Below are positions 51,488-63,985 of a DNA stretch of 64,000 bases, in pieces; the first letter of the stretch is position 1, and the number at the start of each line of letters is the position of its first letter. The notes below the pieces were generated by a model. It was not told where the DNA came from, ran no database searches, and worked only from the letters and a program-made list of their open reading frames with translations. The stretch is from assembly GCA_013265495.1 (NCBI GenBank), contig MU061579.1, forward strand, positions 3,851,749-3,915,748, given 5' to 3'. This DNA comes from Vicugna vicugna. Taxonomy: Eukaryota. A program made the translations under genes and the position numbers.

Positions 51488-52103
51488 TGTGGGTTCTGGC
51501 CGGCAGAAGTCCCACTGAAACGGAATGAATTACTCAAGACTCTGTGGAAAAAGTCAAGAGAGCGAGAGGGAGTCCGGAGCCAACTCAAGGAACCTCTCAA
51601 ATGCTCCCATATTTATTGAGTACAGTCAAAGGAGGAATGCAGGAATTTAGGGAAGGACAGGGTGGGATCACAATGAGTACCAGGGCTTTGTTTATTGTTG
51701 GTGTTTGGCTCAAGGTCAGAAGACCCTTTTTGGTAAATCATGCTCCTGTTGAGCATTTCTGCTTATCAGGGGGGAATGTATGAGAATCAGCTGCATAACA
51801 AAATTTTTCTTGGACTCAGGCAGCTGAGCCTGTCTTAGGTTGCCCCCCTCAGGGGATCCTACCTGTCATTGGCTAACCAGCCTCCTCACCTCTGAGTCTG
51901 CAGCTTTTTATAAGTTGTTTACCATTCCAGCCCAAGGCTGTTTTGGGGATAGAAGACTATCTAAGGGCAGGCACGCCCAGCGTTTATAGCCCAGGGCCCG
52001 GGTAGTTGCTAAAAACTCAAGGCAGTTACTAAGCACATTTTCTTTAAGGAGATAAGTGGCTGGGATCTGTTACAATTTGTTAACCCAATCATGGGCTCCC
52101 ACA
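51488..52103 (-). mobile_element. Young solo LTR (616 bp), probably class II/ERVK
   Basis: Inverted termini tgtggg...cccaca. Perfect 6-bp TSD ccagca (51482-51487, 52104-52109). AATAAA on minus at 51612-51617. Confidence 0.88.
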
Positions 52104-52952
52104 CCAGCAAATAATAAAGAGAAAATTAATGGAGACTGAAGGATGGAGTAGGGGTAGAGATTATTAGTAGTTAGTATTCCATTCTCAACAGAAAAAGGAG
52201 GGAAAAAAAGTTAAAAATAAAAGCGAAGTATTATTATACCATATTTATAAACTACTAAAGGGGACAGAAAAAATATGATATTTTGAAAAGATTTCTATTT
52301 AGTAAAAGCTTATACACAAGTATGTTTGGTTAATTCTAGGACTGTTTCATAAAAAGGCAGAATTAGGGGGTCTGTCTTTGAGAAAAATGTTTGAAGAATT
52401 TTAGGCCCTTCATGTTAGTTCAGTTATTATGGAATAGCTAAAAAAAAAAACAGAACAAAACAAAATCAAAAGTACACACAAGCATAAAATTGAAAATGAT
52501 AAGCACATAGGATAGCACACAATAAAAAACACTATGACCTTATGAATAGAAATTGTTTTAGACAAATTTCATTTCCTTTCGTGACAGTTAAAAGTCATGT
52601 TGCTCAAGCCAAAAATAATATATGTCACTTACCTGTGCTTCAAGGAAGTTTTTTTATATCTGCACTTGTATTTTTTTTAATAAAAATACATGATCCTTCA
52701 TTATTGATTCCCAACCTTTTAATGTAAAAAAATAAAGAGACCATATAAAAAAGTTGAAGTTTATTTTCTATTGATTGTAAAAATACATACTACCAAAAAA
52801 ACCCTTCTATTTCAGCAACACTCTGAAAAAAATTACAATTTTATTATACACTACCATACCTAGAGCCTTGAAAACTATGTCCTTTATTCTTAAAAAACTT
52901 TATTAAGTGGAAATATTTACATAGGTATAAACCAGTAAAGTATTATATATAC

Positions 52953-52990
52953 TTGTTGTTGTTGTTGTTGTTATTGTTGTTGTTGTTGTT
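52953..52990. repeat. (TTG)n microsatellite
   Basis: ttgttgttgttgttgttgttattgttgttgttgttgtt. Confidence 0.92.
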
Positions 52991-53421
52991 TTACTTCCAT
53001 GTCAAAATGTCTTTATATGGGGTTGAAATTAGAAGAGAAGTCTGACTTGGAGGGGAATGTTTGCAGTATACCTACATGGTGGTGGTGGTAGAAACCCTGA
53101 ATGGGAAAAAAATCCCCAAGAGACACTAGGATTTCTTTCCAAAGAAGAAAATCTGAGGAAAATGCAACATTTTAAGAACAAGCAGAGAAAGAGAAGAAGC
53201 TTTCAAAAGAGATTATTTGTTATAGGCCTAAGGATATAGTTTTGTAATCTGACGATGCAAAACGCCATTGGAGGAGTATGAAAGCCTAATACTGAGTTGT
53301 GACAGTTTACAAAATCTTAGACATTTGTAGAGAGCTTTCACTATTATAGAGCTGCCAGGTAAGCACTGCCAAGCAGGACCATAGTCAACCATCTATCTGA
53401 GGACCAGCCTTTAGTCAAAGT

Positions 53422-53424
<3 letters not shown>

Positions 53425-53453
<29 letters not shown>
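53425..53453. repeat. Poly(T) 29-mer
   Basis: Uninterrupted T run. Confidence 0.95.
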
Positions 53454-53456
<3 letters not shown>

Positions 53457-54132
53457 GGAAACATAAAAACATCACACCTACTTTAGAAGGAGAGTTGGAG
53501 GAGCCTTTTGAAAGTTCATGTTTTATAAAGTGAGCATATAACATACTGTTTGCACAGAAAAATAAATGACAGATTTTAGTTCAGTTCAGGATCAACACTT
53601 ACGACATAAAAACCAAACCAAAAACTTGTGTGTACCATGCTCTATGCTGAGCTAACTTAACTTATCACACACACACGCACACATACACAAAGACAAAGAA
53701 ATATGTATTTGCCTATAAGGGATGTATAGAATATCATATTTAAGTTTTATCAAGACTAACAGTCTCAAAAATGCTATTTAAAATATATTAGGATTTCATG
53801 TAAACTCCCTTTGGGTATATTTAACAGAAGCTGCTAAATCTGGGATATGAGAATTTTAAAACTATTTTTCACACTTTATTTGGTATCTTATTTTTTGCTC
53901 TGCTAGACTGCTAACAAATAGTTATGATACTCATTTCAAGAGTAACTTTAGAAGCTAGTTGTTTTTTGATTTATCTTTTTGAATATAGCCCAGAGCTTAG
54001 AAGATATACTCCTCTGGTCAAAACCATCCCTTTGGGTAGGATTTGATCAGAAGGACAGTGAAAGATCTTTCCACTGATTAAGCAGTATGCGTGAAATCCT
54101 TACCACAGGAGTCTCTTGCCTGGACATAATCT

Positions 54133-54241
54133 TTAAAAAATGGAGATGAAATGCATAAATATGGGAGAGTTAGCTGAGCATAGAGTATGGTACACACAAG
54201 TTTTTGGTTAAAAAATGGAGATGAAATGCACAAATATGGGA
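54133..54241. repeat. 34-bp direct duplication enclosing a 42-bp inverted copy of 53616-53657
   Basis: Direct sequence comparison (see findings). Confidence 0.93.
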
Positions 54242-54766
54242 AAAAAACAAAAATGTTTTAATTCTGAAGCAAATATTGCTTGGATGAACACATCCATGTG
54301 CACATACATACACACACACACACACTCACAGAGTTTATGAAAAAAAGTGCTGACACAATGAAGTTTTATGGAGAGAGCAGGGAAGGCTCCTAGGCAGTTC
54401 CTTCAATGACCTGAGAGCCAGGAAGAGGGACTGGCTTTGGCTTCTATTGAAGTAAGGGCTAGGGCTGGGGTGAGATTTCCTGCGTGCACACACAGGTCAG
54501 GGCAGGCATGGTCCTGACAGACCAAAGGATGGAGCGCCTGGGCTTCCATACTGGCCTGCCTCGCTGGACGAAAGGCAGTAGGGGAAAGGGCTGAGTGAAA
54601 GCTGCAGGCTGTCAGCAAACATCAAACACGGAACAGACTCTATCACATCACCCCAAAAGCATGTCCTCACCACTTCTCCATGTCTTAAATCCCAAAGGGG
54701 CAGGCCTTCCTGGTGGGGAAGCCTGTCACAGCCCAGCATTACTTACAACTGGCTTTACTTATCTAT

Positions 54767-55381
54767 TGTGTTAACTTTCCATTGCTGTATAACAAACTAA
54801 CAGAAACAGGATTTTAAAACAACATATATTCATTATCTTACGATATCTAGGAATCAGGAGGCTGGGCCTTATTTTTAGCAGGCTTCGGTGCTCAGGGTCT
54901 CAGAGAAGTGATACAGGTATAGATATAGCAAAGCTGCATTTCTTTCTGGAATTTGACATCCTCTCTTAAACTCATGTAGTTACTGGCAGAATTCATCTCC
55001 TTGTGGTTGTAGGACTGAGTGAGGTGCCCACTTTCTTGCTGGCTGTCATCTGGCTCTCTGTTCCTGGAGGCTGCCCACATTTTCATGCCATGTGCCCCTC
55101 TCACAGGCCCTCTCACAACATGGCAGCTTGTATCTTCAAGACCAGAAAGAGAGTTTATGCTTATGGTCTGCTAGGACAAAATCTTATCTAAGGAAACATA
55201 ATCATGGTTGTGACTACCCCATCACTTTTGCCATATAACATAATCTTATCATCTGAGTGACATCCCACCACCTTTGCCATATTCTCTTGACTAGAAGTAA
55301 GTCAAGATCACACTCACACCAGAGAAGGGATTACACAAGGGTATGAGTTATTGAGGGTCACTTCAGAGTATACTCACTACA
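54767..55381 (-). mobile_element. MaLR LTR, MLT1E-like
   Basis: tgtgttaactttccattgctgtataacaaa..ggcagaattcatctccttgtggttgtaggactgag..cacaacatggcagctt..gggattacacaagggtatga. Confidence 0.88.
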
Positions 55382-57639
55382 CCTAGGTAAAAGAGGAATG
55401 CTTCCTAAAGAAGAAACTGAGCAGTAGTACTAATATAGCTTGCCTAAGAAACTAAAATCATGTATCTTTCCCTATACAAATAATAAACTCAAAAATCCAT
55501 TTGGAAGTCATAAATCTAATATTCCTGCAGGAGTATTAGGAAATAAACATGGTAAATCCATAACTGTTTGTTATTTCTATAACCGATGGCCCAAAATTAA
55601 GAACAATTGTTATCAGTCAGGGTTCTCCAGCACTCAGTACTCTTGAGTCTTTACATACTTTGTCACTTGACCTAAAATCACTGGTGGCAATTGTCTTTTA
55701 TGAATCTCTGAATCTCCTTTCTTAAACCTTTACTTTTTAAAATTTCCTAGAACTACAATAAATTTAGACTTCATCTTGCTACATACAAGATACAAAATAC
55801 TGTATATCCATACAAGATGCATAATTACTAGCCTATAAGTCACTCATTTCCTTGGACTAGCCTTATATTAGCATTTAAAATTTGGAAATCAAATAAAATA
55901 TTTTTCAATTATTGCAAAGAATCAACCGCCTATTTCCCTTGCAATTAAAAGGGAAAAAAGAAGAAAAGAAAACAAAAACATTGATTTTGGCTTCAAGAAT
56001 TAACATGTGGGCTTTTTAAACTTTGTTGCCTATCAATTGAATAGTCAATATATGAATAATATAAACAATATTTTACTTTTCCTTGGTCACAAAGACTAAA
56101 ACAGAACCCATAAGCTAAAACATATTAAAAGCCTTAAGCAATTATAAAGTTGTTTTAAAAATTCCCTTACATAGTTACTCTGAAAATGAATTGATATTAT
56201 GCACACCAAATTCTCAGACTGAGTAAAACTCAGTTATGCTGCTGCCTTCCCAGTTAAGATTTGGGTTCAAAGGAAGCATCATAGCAGTAGTGCCTGTCCC
56301 AGCTCTGGCATACTGCATGCACAGAGTGTTATTCAGGACTGGTTGACTGACTGCCGAGAAAAGAGGATTGATTGAGGAAGATAACTTGTATTAAAAGGAG
56401 AGGAAAAATCATGAGAATTTAGATTTGTATATCTAACAGAGTCTTCAGGGACTTTGAGTCTTGGGGGAGTAAATGGGATTTGGGATGAAGGGTGTTATAT
56501 GTAGCATTTTGAAAGACATCTTTCATACAGAAATACCTCCATTGGAATTTGAGAATTAATGTAAGAGATTATTCCAGAAGTTGGGGAAATAACTTATCTA
56601 CCATTAAATACACTATTACTTTTAGGGATATCCAAAGAAAATGGTGACATCAGCGTGATAGCAACCTTGGAAAAAATTTTTCCTGATTTCATCAGTAGGG
56701 TTTCCATGTATTAGAAGGTAATGAATTCAATGAAATGTTCACATGTGGACAAATTCAAGGGACCAGCAGCAGACATGAAACCCGATACCTTGTATGACGG
56801 TAGCAAAAGGAAATAGACTGTGGTAATATTTCTCAGTAAGTGCAAAAGACAGAACCCATTACAGGAGTGGCATTCTATATCTGAAGTTGGAGCAAAGTCT
56901 CCCATGGTTCATGCCTCAGGATAGGTATCAGCTCCTGACAGTGAAGGTGCTGCCACAAATCTTCACCAGCAATGAAAGCAAATACACGCACCAACAGAGC
57001 AGTCCAGGAGAGAAGGAAGGGACCTCACAGCAGTATTAGTTGGGGGTACTTGAAATACAAACATTACTTCCTTCAGCTGATTAAAATTTAATATGCAATA
57101 ACATTTTTGGGGATCAGGGAACAGATGGGAAGTAAGAATCAGAAAAAGACTGCTTATTACTGTTAATATTATTCCATTTTTTAATCCCAAGATTGTGTGA
57201 CCAAGGAAGAATGGGTTAAATTAGTTTTTAAGAAAAGAAATATATTAAATGTGAGATCTAAATTATAGCTATTGGTTATTTGCATTTACCAGGTTCACTT
57301 AATGCTCTTCCCTGCATAGTCTTTGGCACAGGTGCAGGTCCCAGGTGTTTTCTGTGCTTCTTTCACTGGTAGCACAGCGCCATAGCTAAGGCTGAATTTT
57401 TATGTGGACAAAGCACTGAAGAAATTCGTCAGGTAACTGAGATATAAATCTTACTGGATTTTGGACTATGAAAAAACAAACACGCATAAGAAAGAACACA
57501 TTCAAATCTCAGCTGCTGAGAAGGCCTCTGTTCTCTTCTGTTATTTACTGGGATATCAGATGACAGCGTGATCTAAGCTTAGCTATAAAAAGTTAGTCTT
57601 GGTTTTCTCATCTTTAAAACAGGCATCGTATTATCTGTT

Positions 57640-58135
57640 AGCCACACTTAGTGCTACTGCTTGTCCTGGATACTCTTACTCCTTGTCTGGATACAAATCC
57701 CTCTTCTGGGAAACACATGTCAATTTACTGGAAGTGACCCACAAGGGCTCATGACCCAGGTCTGCCCAGCAATATTACCCAACCTTCCTGGCACAGCAAT
57801 TAGTTTATGAACTAATTACTAATTAGGCATGTTACACAAATTGTCCGAGCCAAGTCCCATGGGGGCTTTTCTGCCTAAGCCTTAAGAAGATTCTCTTTGC
57901 ACAGGGTCATTACAATGTCAGGATGAAAGTCACTGCCCACCATCATGTCCACCATTGGAAGAGAGTCTATTTAAGGAATTTAAATGAAAGGATCCCTAAA
58001 GATATTATTTGAGCCTTGAATCCAGCAATGAAGCCAAAATACCTTGGATTTTTCAGTTACTTGAACCAAACAAATTTACTTCAGTGCCCAAGCTAACTTG
58101 AGTTTTAACGCTATGTTAATAGCACTACGTAATAC
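57640..58135 (+). mobile_element. Old MaLR LTR (MLT1K-like) inserted in a MIR (flanks ~57560-57640 and ~58135-58210)
   Basis: catgacccaggtctgccca..tttgagccttgaatccagc..ggatttttcagttacttgaaccaa. MIR core tcttggttttctcatctttaaaacagg lies upstream. Confidence 0.65.
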
Positions 58136-59341
58136 AACCTCACCTCCTGTTATATTGACAAACGCACATTTAGCGCCTCATAAATAGAAACACTAAGCAT
58201 ACATTAGTTTCCTCATACTGGATACAGCCTTGAAAGTAGTGTTTTTAAAATGTTCAGAAGAATAAAATATACAGTATAACCTTTTTATCCATACAAACCA
58301 TACTGATTTTTCCCAATGCATGTTGTTATGCCAAAGGTGAGTACGTTAGTTTTACATGAAGAGAAGCAGTCTGCATGGAGCAGTGTTAGGCCTGACACTT
58401 TGTGTCACGTGTTTCACTGTTTTCTGCTGAAAAATTCAGTGAATAAGGCATATTCACAAGCACAAAGAGAGTTCATCAGGCTGTGAACTATGTTTCTTCA
58501 GTGGTTTTGCTGTAGTAAGAATGATTTTCATAGTCCTAACATGTGTGAGATGACCGACTGACTACAGCAGAGAGGCTGTGAAAAGGAGTATAAAAAGGAG
58601 AAATAAGAACTAAATATATCAGCCCTACACTCCTTTTTTTCTTTCTTCGACGGTGGTGGGGGAACGGGGGTGGATGTGGATGAGGACACAATGCATTTTT
58701 TAAGTGCTGTGTTTCTTGAAATACATCAAAGAAGCTAAGAGAAAGCAGAAAACTCCAAATAGACTTCAAGAGAGTCTTTTTTTCTATTAAAAACATCAGA
58801 ATCTATAAAGGAAATAAAAGAATTGCATTAGACTTAAATGATCTCAGAAAAGTGTCAGAAAAACTGACAGGTAAGTGAACAATCTATCATTATTTTATTT
58901 TTTATTATTCTCTTTAGAAAAAAAAAACAAAAGTAGGGAAATGGCTGACTTTAAGCCCATTCCAGAAAAGCCACAAAATTGTATCTTCCTCCTATTGTTT
59001 ATCATGTATAGAGAGTATCTTTTATGCAATCAATTCTGTAAGTGCAAATCAATAGCACAACGGATGATTTCACTCAAGTGACATTCACCATGAACCTATT
59101 GCGTGCTAGGTGCCGGGCTAGCCTCTGCATGGAAGATAAATTATGACATAGCCCCTGGTCTCAGGGAGCTCAAAGACAAGTAAATCTAGATAACTTAAGA
59201 CAAGAAAAGAATTACTCAAGAAACATGCTTTGTTCCAGATGTGCATGTTCAGTATTATTTATTGAGATTACACCATGGAGGGCCAGACTACTCAACTGGA
59301 AATTTAGAAAAATTTAGTCTTCCAAATGTAATCATTACTTT

Positions 59342-59761
59342 TTTTTCTCTCATTTAAGGCCATTTTTTTACTGTACGTACATTTTAATTTTCATTACAAT
59401 TCTCTCTCTACACAATTTAAATCTCCTGACATCATTCCTTAATGCAATGAAGGGTTCATACTCTCTTCACCGTCACTGTTGTCTTGCAGTCTCTGTCTGT
59501 GGATGCCTTAAATAAGCATTATGCTCTGCATAAATCTTGATGCTATTCTTAGTGCTTTTACAGCAGTTTTTATTTTTTTAACATTTTTTATTGATTTATA
59601 ATCATTTTACAATGTTGTGTCAAATTCCAGTGTTCAGCACAATTTTTCAGTCATTCATGGACATATACACACTCATTGTCACATTTTTTTCTCTGTGAGT
59701 TATCATAACATTTTGTGTATATTTCCCTGTGCTATACAGTGTAATCTTGTTTATCTATTCT
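59342..59761 (-). mobile_element. Short young L1 3' end (59567-59761) with 220-bp 3' transduction (59347-59566) and second poly(A)
   Basis: Perfect 16-bp TSD atgtaatcattacttt at 59326-59341 and 59762-59777 encloses both the L1 piece and unique DNA. Confidence 0.92.
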
Positions 59762-60829
59762 ATGTAATCATTACTTTAATCAGGCATTGGATCTGAAAAG
59801 TAATTTAGTAGATATATTTTGAAATCTTTTACTTGATCCTTCTCTTTGTTCTAGGGAAGCTGCTAGCAAAATATTGCCTTACACATCCAGAAAAGCAAGC
59901 ATGGTCTGCAATCTGCTTCTGATCTCTGTACTCTGCCCAAAAGGGAGGACTAGGACTGCATGAGTACAAGAAGAAAGAAGTTAACAATTGATTATTGACT
60001 TGCTTTCTTCATACCAGATGTGCTGGTGTTATAAAGAATGGCCCTCGTTATCTAGTGTAAGTACTTGATGTAGAGTCATCATTGACCTGCATTAACTCCA
60101 CCACCAGGAAGCTGAGCTGCACAGAAATACCCTGTGAACTGAAAATTATCTGTAGATTATGGTTCTTCCTTTGCACCTACACAGTTTACCAGGATTAGAG
60201 GTCTATTTTTCCTACATTTGCATGATTATGAAGTATGCAGGTGGAGTTAGATTTTTCTTTTACCCCAAAGAAAATCAGAATTGTATGACCAATATCTTAC
60301 CTTCAACTGCCTTTCAGTACCTACTTCTTTGTCAACCACATGTTATAGTTATTTTCCCTTTATTTTCTGTGCACAAGATACAAGCTGAGGGCAGATGCCA
60401 TGTCCCCTGCTTAACATGGCAAAGATCATTAGCAATCAACAAGTGCTCTTTTCCATGAATGAAACAATTTGGGGTCTCACCTTTCCTAAAATGTCAAGTA
60501 TTAGATGCAGAGGAAAAGGAAACAATATTTTTTTACTTTTTACTCTTACACTAGTTAGATATATGCATCTAATCAGACTTGTCTTGTTACTAGAAAATTT
60601 CAAACCATATAAGTTCTACTATATGCAATTAGTTTATGTATACTTGTATCCATGCTAAAATTATAAAAAAATTATCTTACATTTGTTTCAGTGACTGTGT
60701 ATTCAGTCTAACAGTATTAACACTGTTGTAGAATCTTATCTCATATATAACTTTATTCAGTGACTTATACGGTTATATATGTGCATGCGTATGTCTGTAT
60801 TCCACTCAGATGGAAGACAGGACATCTGT

Positions 60830-61032
60830 CTGTGGAGAACATGAAAGCCCAGTTTAATGAACACAGAGGAAGTGGCTGTCTTATTTCAGAGAGGCTTTCT
60901 GCTTCTTGACCCTGGACCCTCATGAAGCCTGGCTTCCTCCTTGTCCTTGGGTTTCCTGGACAGCCTGTATCCTGTCAACAACCAAGATGTTATTCTTAAA
61001 TTAATCTGAATTGTCTTCAATGGTTGCATCAC
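60830..61032 (+). mobile_element. Possible old ERVL LTR 3' fragment (LTR16/LTR33-like)
   Basis: tcatgaagcctggcttcctccttgtccttggg..cttaaattaatctgaattgtcttcaatggttgca. Confidence 0.35.
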
Positions 61033-61049
61033 CTTGGTAACAATCTTCC

Positions 61050-62850
61050 AAATGCAATTTAATAATTTAAGAAATATTGATTGAGGACTTATTTTATATT
61101 CTGTACTATGGAAGGTCTAGGTATGCAGGAAGGAAATTTACCCTCAAGTAATTCATTTTGTAGTAGAGAAGGTGGGCATTCAAATAGGTAACTTTAGTAT
61201 ATACATGATGTGGTGAAAAATGACATAAACTCTTTTCCAGGCAAACAGATAAGTGCTTAATAAAAACTGAGCTGCAGGGGGCAAGGAGAGGTAGAGTTTA
61301 AAGGAGAGTAGAGATGCTACATGAGTTAAGGTTAGACAAACAGCCAGACTTAATAAGGCAAAGGGTGAAAGAAGGAGGTTATAGGCAGAGGGAATAACAA
61401 GAGTAGGGACATTGAAGTGTGAAATCCTATACTTATTATTTCAATAATAGTTTTGTAGCACACACTGTGAACTTGCCACTATTCCAAATGCTTTGGAAGC
61501 AGAAGTAAAAAAAAAAATCATTCCTTTCTTCATGATATTTATACTTTTGGAGGAGAATATATATATTACAGAATAAAATTAACTATAATACAATATATAT
61601 AACAAAATAAGTGAACAAAATAAATAGTTCTCAAACCTTATAGCATGCATCAGAATCATGTGAAAGGTTGTTAAAACAGATTGCTGGCCTCTATTCACCA
61701 CATTTCTGACTCAGTAGGTAGGTACTGAGGGCTAAGAAGTTTCATTTCTGACAAATTCTCACGTGAGGATAATGCTGCCAGTCTGGCCATCATACTTTGA
61801 GAAACACTGATGAAGTATATTAGATAGTGATAAGTGCTATGGAGACAAATAAGTCAGGCATGTAAAGAGAGTTGTAACATTAAATTGCATGGTCAGGCAA
61901 ATTTTCTCCGAAAAGACCTGAAGAAGGGAGGAACCTAGCTATGTGGATATCTGGAGAAAGAACATTCCAGGTTATCTACTCAGTGTGAGATGAGAGTCAT
62001 TGTTGGGTTGTAAGCAGAGATGTGGCATAATCTTGACATGACCTCCTCTTTGAAACAAGATTACTCTAGCTGCTCCACTGAGGATAGATAGAAATGAAAG
62101 GAGGCAGAGAAATGAAATTAGTAAGGAGTCTACTGTGATAATAACATTAGCAAGAATGATGGAGATCTGGACCTGAGTGATAACTGTGGTACTAATGAAA
62201 ACATGGCTGAAGTAGAGAGAGAGATATTTGAAGAAGAGTGTTCAGTGAAAATAATGGATTTAATTTGGGATGTGAAAGAAATAGTTAACAATGATTACTA
62301 GAATTTGGTTGTAGCACATAGAAAGATGGTTTATCATTAACTGAAGTTGGAAGGACCACGGGAGAAGGGGGATTAGGGAAGAAGATCATGAGCTCAGTTT
62401 TTGACATGTTCAATTTGAGCCCCTTACCAGTAACTCTGGTAGGGAAGCAGAGTAGGAAGTTGTATTTAAGGATCTGGAGTTCAGAGCAGAGCTCAAGATA
62501 CAAAGTTGAGTGCTGTGACTGACTATGTGTGTTCACAAAGGGAGTGAGTACAGAGAGAGAAAAGATGTGATTTTAGGACTAAGCCCCAGGGTGCTGTGAG
62601 GGGAGAGAGGTAAGGGGAGGACAAAGAAAGAAAAGGAGCAACATCCAATAATGTAAGCAGAACCTGGGAGTAGATGCTGCCCTGGAAGCCAAAGGAAGAA
62701 AGTGTTTCAAAGTAGAGAAACTGAACAGGAAAACAGGCAAATATGCAGAGTTTAAGGAAAAGTTAAAAACAAAAAACATTACAATTGGCAGAATTCGTTT
62801 TGGAGTTGACATGGGGAAATGAGGAAGAAAATGCTTCTGTTTTATCTTTT
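61050..62850 (-). mobile_element. L2 fragments (two 3' ends, ~61050 and ~61435) containing a MER5A
   Basis: atattgattgaggacttatt; gataagtgctatggagacaaat; tttatcattaactgaagttggaaggacc; gagctcagtttttgacatgttcaatttgag; ctggaagccaaaggaagaaagtgtttcaa. Confidence 0.88.
61623..61809. mobile_element. MER5A hAT-Charlie MITE
   Basis: agttctcaaacctt..gcatcagaatca..gttaaaacagattgctgg..tttctgactcagtaggt..atactttgagaaacactg. Confidence 0.9.
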
Positions 62851-63116
62851 TCTGACACAACTGGTCTTAGGTATTACTTCCTGAAAAGAAAACAGCCGTC
62901 TTTGTTTTAAAGATGAAACCAAGGAGTTGCAGCATATTTTCCATGGAAATCATCCGTTCTGATGAGGCTAAAACTCTTCATATCTCTACAAATATAATTT
63001 ATTTAATGCCCAGAAAGAATATAATGCTCTGAATACAGGTGCTAAACACAACTAAAGGAAGTAGCTTATTTTCTGAGATAAGTAGAATAATTATGAGCAT
63101 TTTTTAACATCTTAAA

Positions 63117-63206
63117 AGCATCCTAAAATGTTCCATCAGCAATTCTTTAGAACAACGATTCCATAGCATCTAAAAGGTTCCATCAGTGATTCTTGAGAAC
63201 AACCAT
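63117..63206. repeat. Diverged tandem duplication, period ~48 bp
   Basis: agcatcctaaaatgttccatcagcaattctttagaacaacgat versus agcatctaaaaggttccatcagtgattcttgagaacaaccat. Confidence 0.85.
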
Positions 63207-63764
63207 GACGTTAGCTTTTAAAAAATGAAAATGATAATGCACTTTGAAGCAGACCTCAGAATTATATCTTTAATAAAAAGTCATGTATTTTCACATAATG
63301 CAAAAGCAAGTGCTGACTGATATTTCCAACTGGGAAAAGTTAAACAGTATCCTATCATCTGGCAAATAGCAAGTGATTCTTGGTGATGAAAATAATCAGG
63401 ACATATTACCTATAGCATGTGCATCTTTGAGAGGAAGGTGATTTACTTGGAATCTGTAACAGGAGAAGAGCATTTGGGGATGCAAATAGTTCTCTTCAAG
63501 ATGACTGTTTATGCTAGAATATTAAGTTTCCATTTGTGGTAAATGGGAAAGCAGATGGCTACGGAAAAATATTTTGTCAAGTTTGTAACATAAACTACCT
63601 AGTTGTAGTAAAAACGTTTTTCTCATCATTGGAAGGAGTAGAGAGTGAGAAATAAACATAAATAGTCTGATTTTTCCAGGATGGAGTTTCCCTCTGGGTT
63701 TTGAGCACTTCCATTAATTTAAATATTTCTCCACAGTTTACCAATTAGTCAATCACGTGTGTAG

Positions 63765-63985
63765 TTAACAGATATTTATTGAGCTTCTACTATGCTCAGG
63801 CACTGTTTTTGTTGCTGTGGAGAAATAGAAAGCAATGAGACATAAATTCTGACTTCCAGGCTCTAATTACATGGTAGTAAAATTAAGACATGTATTTAAA
63901 TTCATTCATTTATTAATAGCTTACCCTGCTTGCCAGAAATACTAGTATAAATAATGTGTAGAGATACAAAAATGAATTAGACACT
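63765..63985 (-). mobile_element. Two L2 3' end fragments
   Basis: aacagatatttattgagcttctactatgctcaggcactg; ttcattcatttattaatagcttaccctgcttgccag..gatacaaaaatgaattagac. Confidence 0.75.

Noticed and set aside
53425..53453. T29 as the tail of a retro-insertion
   Set aside because: No adjacent element body and no TSD found nearby; treated as a simple homopolymer.
56700..57070. Balanced-composition stretch that looks coding by eye
   Set aside because: Frames close within ~30-65 codons, with no recognisable protein or consistent splice sites.
63117..63206. Direct repeats here and at 47210-47300 and 54133-54241 as a CRISPR-like array
   Set aside because: Only two copies each, no spacer series, mammalian context and no cas genes.
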